NCBI GenBank assembly: GCA_964459725.1
Contig: CAYWNT010000010.1
Span: 5,739 to 69,717, forward strand
Length of the DNA: 63,979 nucleotides
DNA from: an uncultured Gammaproteobacteria bacterium
Lineage (GTDB): Bacteria; Patescibacteriota; Patescibacteriia; Patescibacteriales; UBA12075
Reading direction: 5' to 3'
The first letter of the stretch is position 1. Each line of letters opens with the position of its first letter. The translations under genes and the position numbers were made by a program. This document shows, piece after piece, positions 34,655 to 41,683 of this stretch. The notes under the pieces are model-generated. The model was given only the letters and a program-made list of their open reading frames with translations. It was not told where the DNA came from and searched no databases.

Positions 34655-34692
34655 ATGTTGGGGATTTGTGCGGTCGTCAATATTCACAACAA
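34653..34692. repeat. Hairpin repeat copy 3
   Basis: AATGTTGGGGAT-TTGTGCGGTCGTCAAT-ATTCACAACAAT followed by a T-run. Confidence 0.85.
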
Positions 34693-34800
34693 TAGTTTTT
34701 GGTGATATTGAGGTGTTTGGGCAGGATTGAGGTTTTCGATTTGTTAGGGATTTTTTATTGTGAGAGAGTTTGCTTTAATGGGCTTTTCGTGAACTTTTGA

Positions 34801-34839
34801 ATTGTTGAGGATTTGTGCGGTCGTCTAAATCTACAACAG
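34801..34839. repeat. Hairpin repeat copy 4
   Basis: ATTGTTGAGGAT-TTGTGCGGTCGTCTAA-ATCTACAACAG followed by a T-rich tract. Confidence 0.85.
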
Positions 34840-34992
34840 CTGTTATTTTGTTTAGCCTTGTTTAGGTCGATGTCTATCATCATCTGATTTCTCCATTGCT
34901 AAAATTGATTTTTTTGTAGTTGACGTTATAAAGTTGCTTTTTAATCCCTGGTTTTTGAGCTCTTTTTTTTATTTCATTATTTAAAAAAGTTA

Positions 34993-35610
34993 TCACAAGT
35001 CTATTGTTTTTTTTAAAATTTTTTGAAATAATTTTTTATTATAAATACCTATTTTTTGTAATTTATATTTTGGAAAAATTGTTCTTAGATTTGTTTCAGT
35101 AAAAAATAAATCAACCACACCCTCTGTTTGTCCATAATTTAATTTTAGTTTTTTAACATTGTTATAAATAAGCAAATGAATCAATTCATGAGCTATTGTT
35201 TCGTTAGCACTCTTAATGTCTTTATTGTTTTTAACTCTCAAGCTAACAACATTTGGGAAGTTAAATTGCCCTTCCGGGCCATACAAGGAAATATTGCAGA
35301 CATATTTATATTTTGTTTTTAAGGTGTGATTTTCTAAGACATTAAAAAACTTTTTTTCAATTTTTCGCCAACTGTATTTTATTTGTTCTTTTTTTGATTC
35401 GTAACTATTTTTATTGTAAATTTTGTCTAGTTCCTTGTTTAGTTCTTTGGCGAAATTTTTTTTATTATTTTTATTTTTTTTATAAATTTTATCGTAAAAT
35501 TTAGGTAAGAATATAGGAAAATTATTATCAATAAACCACTGATATTCGTCATAAATATTCAATAATTTTTCTTTTTCTTTATTTTTCGAATATAGAAATT
35601 GTAACTTCAT
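34993..35610 (-). CDS. HExxH zinc-metallopeptidase-like protein, very A+T/Lys/Asn-rich
   Basis: AHELIHL motif; start moved to Met10, which sits 6 nt after a TATAAT box. Confidence 0.5.
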   Translation of the reverse strand: MKLQFLYSKNKEKEKLLNIYDEYQWFIDNNFPIFLPKFYDKIYKKNKNNKKNFAKELNKELDKIYNKNSYESKKEQIKYSWRKIEKKFFNVLENHTLKTKYKYVCNISLYGPEGQFNFPNVVSLRVKNNKDIKSANETIAHELIHLLIYNNVKKLKLNYGQTEGVVDLFFTETNLRTIFPKYKLQKIGIYNKKLFQKILKKTIDL

Positions 35611-35640
35611 ATTTGTATTATAACCTAAAATAAACAAAAT

Positions 35641-35680
35641 GAAAAACGACTAAGGCAGAGTGTGTGTCCGCTTTAGTCGT
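35641..35680 (-). terminator. Terminator of RiPP operon 1
   Basis: ACGACTAA...TTAGTCGT stem + T-run on the minus strand, right after the PqqD-like gene. Confidence 0.7.
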
Positions 35681-35685
35681 TGTCG

Positions 35686-35943
35686 TTAAATAAAGTCCGA
35701 TTCTTTTAATTGTGTTGTAATAGACAAAACTTCTTCCAGTGGATTTTTTACTGAAGGGAAAGTATTTCTGACTAACTCTTCAATTTCTTTTAGATTTTTT
35801 TTTCCTGTCATTTGTTTTACGATAAATACTCCAACTTCATTAAAGGTTAAAACGCCTTTGCCTTGAAAAAATCCAAGGAAACCATCAAGATCTTGTCTGA
35901 TTTTAAATCGACAGTTTATTTTGGGAATAAATTGATTATTCAT
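35686..35943 (-). CDS. PqqD-family peptide-binding (RRE-like) protein
   Basis: 85 aa; PqqD-like pattern (LTFNEVGVFIVKQMTGKKNLKEIEELV); ATGA overlap with rSAM stop. Confidence 0.65.
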   Translation of the reverse strand: MNNQFIPKINCRFKIRQDLDGFLGFFQGKGVLTFNEVGVFIVKQMTGKKNLKEIEELVRNTFPSVKNPLEEVLSITTQLKESDFI

Positions 35944-36950
35944 AATCGCCCCTCATTCTTTTGTTGAATAAATTCATCAGGAGCGTACATTCCACCATCA
36001 TAACATGAGGCTGAACATCCCCCGCCACAGAAATTATCGCATTCTCGACATTTCAAGGGTAGCCAGCCTAGAGATCGAAAGTGAGATAATTGCTTAGTCC
36101 ATATTTTGGTTAGCGGCGTTTCTAAAATATTACCGTAGCTTCCTTTGGCAATAGAACACGAACGAACATTACCCATGTGATCTATGTGTCCAAAACCAGT
36201 GCCCTGCCAACAACCAATTACGTAATCATGGTATTTAGCGGGGAGTAAGCACAAGGGAAAGGCGTCTCCAAAACTGGCTAAAATACCAAGTTCGTTTCGA
36301 ATTTTTTTTAGCTGAGGAAAAACTGACAAGTAGTCATGTAATGATAATTTAACTTGTTCCCAGTCAGATTTAGCTCGACCATAGGGAGTTAGGCGTCCCA
36401 CATTTATCTCATCTATTTCTATCCCTTTTTCTTTTAACCACCGACAAACATCAAAAACTGATTTATAATTATTCCTGGTTAATGTGTAAAGGATAGAGAT
36501 GCCGATACCGTTTTCTATGCAAGCTTGTATGCCACTTACTGCGTCCTCAAATGATCCAGTAATCTTCGTTATGTCTTCGTGGATCTCTTTTGTGCCGTGC
36601 AATGAAATAGCGCCACCAACAATGCGGTGATCTAATAATTTTTTCGCTGTGTTAGTATTAATGTGTGTGCCATTTGATACAAATGATAAGAAAAAATCCT
36701 GTTTATCAGCATATTCTAATACTTTTTGCCAATGTGGGTAAACAAAAAATTCTCCTCCAAACATCCTAACTTCAAAAACTTCTGCCTCGGCAAGCTTGTC
36801 TAAGATTGATGTAACCTGTTCAAATGAAGGATGACTTAATTTTTCGCATTCCATCTCTGCATTGAAGCAAAACTCGCAAGTCAAATCGCAAACAGGGCTT
36901 ACCTCAAAATTTACCGAAATAGGCGATTTCAGACTCACCAACTCGTTCAT
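35940..36950 (-). CDS. Radical SAM/SPASM-domain peptide maturase
   Basis: CDLTCEFC (CX3CX2C); C-terminal CRECDNFCGGGCSASC Cys cluster; start set at Met36 (36950), preceded by AAGGAGAG SD, so it no longer overlaps the precursor ORF. Confidence 0.85.
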   Translation of the reverse strand: MNELVSLKSPISVNFEVSPVCDLTCEFCFNAEMECEKLSHPSFEQVTSILDKLAEAEVFEVRMFGGEFFVYPHWQKVLEYADKQDFFLSFVSNGTHINTNTAKKLLDHRIVGGAISLHGTKEIHEDITKITGSFEDAVSGIQACIENGIGISILYTLTRNNYKSVFDVCRWLKEKGIEIDEINVGRLTPYGRAKSDWEQVKLSLHDYLSVFPQLKKIRNELGILASFGDAFPLCLLPAKYHDYVIGCWQGTGFGHIDHMGNVRSCSIAKGSYGNILETPLTKIWTKQLSHFRSLGWLPLKCRECDNFCGGGCSASCYDGGMYAPDEFIQQKNEGRL

Positions 36951-36972
36951 CTTCTCTCTCCTTGTGTGGTGA

Positions 36973-37008
36973 AGCTGGAGGAGTGAAACTTTTACCGCTC
37001 CTCCAGCT
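36973..37008 (-). promoter_or_regulatory. Precursor-maturase intergenic hairpin (operon 1)
   Basis: Perfect 11-bp stem AGCTGGAGGAG/CTCCTCCAGCT, 14-nt loop, no U-run; between the precursor stop (37024) and rSAM start (36950). Confidence 0.7.
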
Positions 37009-37023
37009 TGGTTTAAATGCTTA

Positions 37024-37149
37024 TTAGCAACACTTACAGGTGCATTGACCAGCACACTTCATTGCAGCCATCCGTATTGGAGTAAGCTGCGGTTGAACGC
37101 CTTTTAAAGTGCTAAACTTTGCCATTACGGCCTTGCTCTGAGATTCCAT
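37024..37149 (-). CDS. Candidate RiPP precursor peptide (41 aa, Cys-rich C-terminus), not in ORF track
   Basis: MESQSKAVMAKFSTLKGVQPQLTPIRMAAMKCAGQCTCKCC; AAGGAGGTGA SD upstream; own promoter; directly upstream of rSAM/SPASM gene. Confidence 0.7.
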   Translation of the reverse strand: MESQSKAVMAKFSTLKGVQPQLTPIRMAAMKCAGQCTCKCC

Positions 37150-37216
37150 AATTAGAATTCACCTCCTTTTAATCTTTTAATGTACAATTTCAACTACCGC
37201 TGTGATAGTCATAAGT

Positions 37217-37246
37217 ATCTTATCATTGCTTTATCTGTTTTGTCAA
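37217..37246 (-). promoter_or_regulatory. Promoter of the RiPP operon 1 precursor
   Basis: TTGACA-N18-TAAGAT. Confidence 0.55.
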
Positions 37247-37250
37247 AAAC

Positions 37251-37284
37251 TAAAAAAAGGAGAATGTGCTGTAGACATTCTCCT
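37251..37284 (-). terminator. Terminator of the pilin-like gene
   Basis: AGGAGAATGT...ACATTCTCCT + T7 on the minus strand. Confidence 0.8.
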
Positions 37285-37321
37285 ATGTGTAGTAATTTTG
37301 TTAATAACTTGGGTTGATTGT

Positions 37322-37795
37322 TTATCCTGCGCCGGTTATGGAGTCTAGGATGAATTTTGTTATGGCGTAGGCGGAAAATACTATTACGAGGCCGATGGCG
37401 GCCCATACTAGTGTGTTTTTACCCTTTGTAACCATTTCACTGTTTCCTGCTGATAACATCCACATAAAACCACCGTAAATAAACATTGCCAAGGCTAATG
37501 AGCCAACAATTCCCAGAGCGCCGTTAATGACTTTACCGATAAAAGTATTTATATCGGGTGTTCCAGAAAGGGGATTTTTTAGAGTGACTGTTTCCGTACT
37601 GTCACCACTTTTAGGCTGCTTCCAATCGCAAAGATTATTTTCCTTACAATTTGTTTCACCTAAGACGCGACATGTGTTATAATCATCCGTACTATCAAAA
37701 TTAATAGCAATACACTTTGCATGTGTGTTATTTGCTAAAAAAAATAAGAAAAAAATAAAAATTAGTGCAAAAGTTGTGATAAATTTTAATTTCAT
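37322..37795 (-). CDS. TrbC/VirB2-type (T4SS pilin-like) membrane protein
   Basis: 157 aa; signal peptide, Cys-containing ectodomain, two C-terminal TM helices (GGFMWMLSAGN...VWAAIGLVIV). Confidence 0.6.
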   Translation of the reverse strand: MKLKFITTFALIFIFFLFFLANNTHAKCIAINFDSTDDYNTCRVLGETNCKENNLCDWKQPKSGDSTETVTLKNPLSGTPDINTFIGKVINGALGIVGSLALAMFIYGGFMWMLSAGNSEMVTKGKNTLVWAAIGLVIVFSAYAITKFILDSITGAG

Positions 37796-37823
37796 AGTTT
37801 TATTATAACATGCTTTATAAAAA

Positions 37824-37860
37824 TAATAAAGGGGAGAAACAATTATGTCTCTCCCCTTTT
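37824..37860 (-). terminator. Terminator of the TPR gene
   Basis: GGGGAGA...TCTCCCC + T-rich tract on the minus strand. Confidence 0.7.
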
Positions 37861-37889
37861 GTGGGTTCTTTTTTGAACACCTACCTTTT

Positions 37890-38174
37890 TTATCTAGCCA
37901 TTGCCAAAGTGGCGCTATATGGCTTAATACCTATTTCAACAATTACATTCTTTTTAGCACGGATTTTAAACTCCCTTAGATTGTTAGGAATTTTATCCCC
38001 AGCCCATACTCTAATAGGCTTTTCATTTCTTGGCAATAATTCATATTGGTCTTCGTTAACGCCGCTATAAAAATCATAATGAACTTCTTCGGTGAATCTG
38101 ATATAGTGATCAGTGTCAGTTCCTTCTCGCAAGCGGAAACCTGGATCGTCGCCTGGGCCGTAGACTTTGTAGTC
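37890..38174 (-). repeat. Near-identical 285-nt coding module, copy 1
   Basis: Aligned by eye to 39207..39491: 5 mismatches, all synonymous; the flanking terminator region is also similar. Confidence 0.9.
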
Positions 38175-38858
38175 AGGCGGAAGATTGCCATACTCAAGAG
38201 CTAAACTTCTCCACTCATTGTATTCTTTCTCGGTTTCAGCCGCTTCCATCTTGGCCTTGTAATTTGCGAAGATTTTCGCGTTGTTCCGACTAGAATACTT
38301 AGCGGCGACTTTGTATTCACCTCGAGCGTAGTACAGGTCGCTGATTTTGTCTCCATAAGAGCTGTTGAGTTCAACTAGTAAATCAAAATTCTCTTGTGCT
38401 TGCTTAGCTTTTCCGTTGCCGAGCAGAGCTTGGGTTCTTGCAAAAACATCTCTCTCTACTTGAGATACAAGGCTTTTGTTCCAGCCTACGATGATACCAT
38501 GCAAGATTTTGATTTTGCTAGTGTTGCTCTGAGCAACTACAGTGTTGCACTCTTGTTTGAAGCTTTCAGCAATTTTGGTCTTGTACTTGCCCTTGTAGTG
38601 ATTATTCGCACTTTTGAACTGCTTGCTTGCTTTTTCATACTGACCAAGTTTGATATACGCTTCGCCAAACATGAAATACGCTTTATGATTGCTAGGGTTG
38701 TTAGCAATTACTTTTTTCAGTGAGCTGATTGCGTCATTATAATTTTCGGCAATCATGTGATCTTCAGCCTTGCTCATTTCCCCCCAGCCGTAGCAGGTTA
38801 AAGGGAGAGCAAAAGCCATGGCCATTACCAATACTACACATACACTTAGCTTTTTCAT
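37890..38858 (-). CDS. Secreted TPR-repeat protein carrying the shared 94-aa C-terminal module
   Basis: Start set at MKKLSVCVVL (GAGGAGAG SD); signal peptide; TPR-like repeats; C-terminus identical to that of 39207..40325. Confidence 0.7.
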   Translation of the reverse strand: MKKLSVCVVLVMAMAFALPLTCYGWGEMSKAEDHMIAENYNDAISSLKKVIANNPSNHKAYFMFGEAYIKLGQYEKASKQFKSANNHYKGKYKTKIAESFKQECNTVVAQSNTSKIKILHGIIVGWNKSLVSQVERDVFARTQALLGNGKAKQAQENFDLLVELNSSYGDKISDLYYARGEYKVAAKYSSRNNAKIFANYKAKMEAAETEKEYNEWRSLALEYGNLPPDYKVYGPGDDPGFRLREGTDTDHYIRFTEEVHYDFYSGVNEDQYELLPRNEKPIRVWAGDKIPNNLREFKIRAKKNVIVEIGIKPYSATLAMAR

Positions 38859-39011
38859 GGTTCTCTCCTCGTTTTTTGCTTCGCAAACCCACACTAAAAA
38901 TGTGGGGCATACGAATAATTAAACAAACAAATTGGTTAAATAGGTAGTTATTCTTAATGGATATTGCTATCCATTATATTTTTAATGTGCTGATTAATTC
39001 TAATTACTTTT

Positions 39012-39039
39012 ATTATATAAGAAATATATTAAAAGTCAA
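39012..39039 (-). promoter_or_regulatory. Proximal promoter of the TPR gene
   Basis: TTGACT-N16-TATAAT. Confidence 0.6.
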
Positions 39040-39065
39040 TGAAAATTACAAGTGTTATTATCTAT

Positions 39066-39094
39066 ATAGTAGCATATTTTGTAAATAAAGTCAA
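39066..39094 (-). promoter_or_regulatory. Distal promoter of the TPR gene
   Basis: TTGACT-N17-TACTAT. Confidence 0.55.
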
Positions 39095-39206
39095 GAGCTT
39101 AAAGTAAATTTTTATGAAAGATCTATCTTTTGTTTAAAATTAGCAAAATAAAAAAGGGAAGAAACTAAGTCTCTCCCCTTTTGTAGGTTTTTTGAACACC
39201 TCCTCT

Positions 39207-39491
39207 TTATCTCGCCATTGCCAGTGTTGCGCTATATGGCTTAATACCTATTTCAACAATTACATTCTTTTTAGCACGGATTTTAAACTCCCTTAGATTG
39301 TTAGGAATTTTATCCCCAGCCCATACTCTAATAGGCTTTTCATTTCTTGGCAATAATTCATATTGGTCTTCGTTAACGCCGCTATAAAAATCATAATGAA
39401 CTTCTTCGGTGAATCTGATATAGTGATCAGTGTCAGTTCCTTCTCGCAAGCGGAATCCTGGATCGTCGCCTGGGCCGTAGACTTTGTAGTC
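39207..39491 (-). repeat. Near-identical 285-nt coding module, copy 2
   Basis: See copy 1; constant offset of 1317 nt. Confidence 0.9.
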
Positions 39492-40325
39492 TTTGGCTTG
39501 GGCTGTTTTTGTTTTGTTTGGCAAAACTGCTTCATCCAGTCCCTTGTCAAGGAATGAAAAAAGTTTACTGTTTTTTTTCATGTATTCCATGACTGCCTCT
39601 ACCCTTTCAGGGTCTACCGGCTTCATCGCTTTGCCAAATTTTCCAGAGAAGCCAGGATGCGAGCTTACATCAATAATAACTCCTTCCTTATTTTCAAGGT
39701 ACCAATATTTTGGCTTACCGTAAGTTTCCTCTGCTTCAGCGGTAGATATTTCATCAATTTTATTACCTGCATGATCCGTGTCTTTGCTAAAAGCTTGGAA
39801 CGGCTGAGTCGCGAGAGATCCGCAGATTACCAATGAACCAACAAGAGTAATAATCAGATACGATTTCCAGATCTTTACTGCCGGACCAAACACAAAGCCT
39901 GCACCAAAATACAATACAGCTACTACAAAAACCAGTAATGATGTTTGCAATAAGTATAATAGTCTTTCATCGAGAAAATCCAATTTAGCATGCAATAAAT
40001 TGTGGAACTTTAAATAGTACCACATTAAGAACCAAATTTGAATTGCAGCTAAACCAATAAACTGAAACGCTTCTCCGATTAAGGATCTCTTAAATATTGC
40101 GATTAAGGTGATTGCAAGAATAATTGAGGGGATACAAACCCACAAAACATAATCATTTTCAATAGTTGCCAGACTCAATAAGTAACCAATTGCATTGTAA
40201 AAGGTTTTCAATAAGGCTGCTGTTATTCGAAGTCCAAGAACTGAAACAATTAAGGCTACACTGAATGCAAACTTCTTTTTTCGAGGTGACCAGGATGCAA
40301 CTTCTCTCATAAAATTATTAATCAT
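39207..40325 (-). CDS. Polytopic membrane protein carrying the shared 94-aa C-terminal module
   Basis: About 6 TM helices, then a soluble region; start set at the ATG at 40325 (GGAGG 8 nt upstream; overlaps upstream stop). Confidence 0.7.
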   Translation of the reverse strand: MINNFMREVASWSPRKKKFAFSVALIVSVLGLRITAALLKTFYNAIGYLLSLATIENDYVLWVCIPSIILAITLIAIFKRSLIGEAFQFIGLAAIQIWFLMWYYLKFHNLLHAKLDFLDERLLYLLQTSLLVFVVAVLYFGAGFVFGPAVKIWKSYLIITLVGSLVICGSLATQPFQAFSKDTDHAGNKIDEISTAEAEETYGKPKYWYLENKEGVIIDVSSHPGFSGKFGKAMKPVDPERVEAVMEYMKKNSKLFSFLDKGLDEAVLPNKTKTAQAKDYKVYGPGDDPGFRLREGTDTDHYIRFTEEVHYDFYSGVNEDQYELLPRNEKPIRVWAGDKIPNNLREFKIRAKKNVIVEIGIKPYSATLAMAR

Positions 40326-41268
40326 TCTTTTTTCCTCCAAGACCTCTTAATGCGTCTGATACGGTCTGAGCCACCATTACCCATGTTGGATTAGCCCCTG
40401 TTGCAGTTATCATCTTCGCCATTGCGGCCGCTTCATCATCAGCCGCGTCTTTTTCAAGCTCAGCTGCCTTCTTTCTGTCAGTAGCAGCCTTTACTGCTGG
40501 GGTAGGTTCAATGTTTTCAACGTTAATAACTGCTTTTAGTCCATAATCCTTTCCGCTGTCATCCCTTAGAAGCTCATTTGCTTTAGCGGTTACCAGGTCG
40601 CTGTAAGTTACTTTATCCTCAGCAGACCAGCTAATTACCACATTAGAATCTTTATCAACTGCCCTGTTAAGAGCAACTTTTACTCTCTGGGTTACCAGAT
40701 CCTTTACTTTTTCTGAGTCATTTTTTGTATTAATGTGATATTTTATGGCTGAGCCTTCTTCTTCCTCAATAAAATATGTTACCCTAGCATCTATATCAAC
40801 ATCATTTCCGTCAGTACAATTAACTTTAAAGGGCTCAACATCAAGTTGAACTGGGGTCATGTCGACCACGCCCTCGTCGGAATGCCAAATCTTTGGAATG
40901 TAAAATCTCCAACCCTCTTTCTTTTCTTCGTATCCATCACCATTAACGGGATCAGAAAACCAAACATTTCTAAGTATCCATCGATGATTTTTTGGCACTT
41001 GATAAATTATTGATTTTTCTGCGTCCTCTTCTGATGTTACTTCTTTGGCCTTTTTGAATGCTGCCGCACCTAACGCAACCGCAACTATCACAATGACTAC
41101 AACTGGTAAAAATACGGTTAACCATTTTAAGTCATCTACAACGTCTCCATTGAAAATACCTATCATTAGATAGAATGAAATTAAAACACTAAATACAATG
41201 AAGATATTGTTTAACAAAAATTGAATAATATTATTCGACCATCTCTTTATAGCTCCATCTGCGCTCAT
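40318..41268 (-). CDS. SPFH/band-7-like membrane protein
   Basis: N-terminal TM helices, central beta-rich region, Ala/Glu-rich C-terminal helix typical of SPFH proteins; start set at the ATG at 41268 (GGAGGAAG SD); ORF-track start is TTG. Confidence 0.55.
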   Translation of the reverse strand: MSADGAIKRWSNNIIQFLLNNIFIVFSVLISFYLMIGIFNGDVVDDLKWLTVFLPVVVIVIVAVALGAAAFKKAKEVTSEEDAEKSIIYQVPKNHRWILRNVWFSDPVNGDGYEEKKEGWRFYIPKIWHSDEGVVDMTPVQLDVEPFKVNCTDGNDVDIDARVTYFIEEEEGSAIKYHINTKNDSEKVKDLVTQRVKVALNRAVDKDSNVVISWSAEDKVTYSDLVTAKANELLRDDSGKDYGLKAVINVENIEPTPAVKAATDRKKAAELEKDAADDEAAAMAKMITATGANPTWVMVAQTVSDALRGLGGKKND

Positions 41269-41480
41269 AACACTTCCTCCGATATAGATTAAAAGTTTGT
41301 ATTCTGTTTTCAAAGATCTGTAATTAGACCCGTATATGTGAAATTTCTTAGAGTTAAGAAATTTAACTAAAATTATATATATTCTAAGCCGATTATTTAT
41401 CCCGTCGGATGACTGGGATCGGCAATTTTATAGTTAAGCCTAGTCGGCAATTTATAATATACTCAAAGTCTAATTATCTT

Positions 41481-41509
41481 AATATAGCATATTTTAAGAT
41501 AAATGTCAA
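41481..41509 (-). promoter_or_regulatory. Promoter of the SPFH-like operon
   Basis: TTGACA-N17-TATATT. Confidence 0.7.
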
Positions 41510-41531
41510 GGATATTGTGTTGTTTTGACTA

Positions 41532-41578
41532 ATTTTAGATAAAAAAATACTGACCCATGGTTCAGGTCAGTATTTTTT
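41532..41578 (-). terminator. tyrS terminator (copy 1 of the 42-nt repeat)
   Basis: TACTGACC-N9-GGTCAGTA flanked by A7/T7; 41532..41573 is identical to 44361..44402. Confidence 0.8.
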
Positions 41579-41683
41579 TATTTAAACTTTCAATAAAGTA
41601 ATTATTACACCTTAGCACAATTGGAAAGCGGAAGTCTTGTGGAGTATTAACATTTTTCTTAAAATAGGCTCACCTTACCAGCT

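Noticed and set aside
33789-34839. The four hairpin repeats next to a Cas2-fold gene as a CRISPR array
   Set aside because: Spacing is irregular (658, 206 and 148 nt between repeat starts) rather than repeat-spacer periodic. The copies are imperfect. One copy has an inverted loop core. Each is followed by a T-run like a terminator. No cas1 or effector genes are nearby, and the protein has the PaaX-type wHTH + Cas2-fold layout rather than that of a stand-alone Cas2.
36951-37055. N-terminal 35-aa extension of the rSAM/SPASM ORF (track start 37055)
   Set aside because: The extension overlaps the 3' end of the precursor ORF and the whole 11-bp hairpin, and it lacks an SD. Met36 (36950) has AAGGAGAG upstream and gives the usual distance to the CX3CX2C motif.
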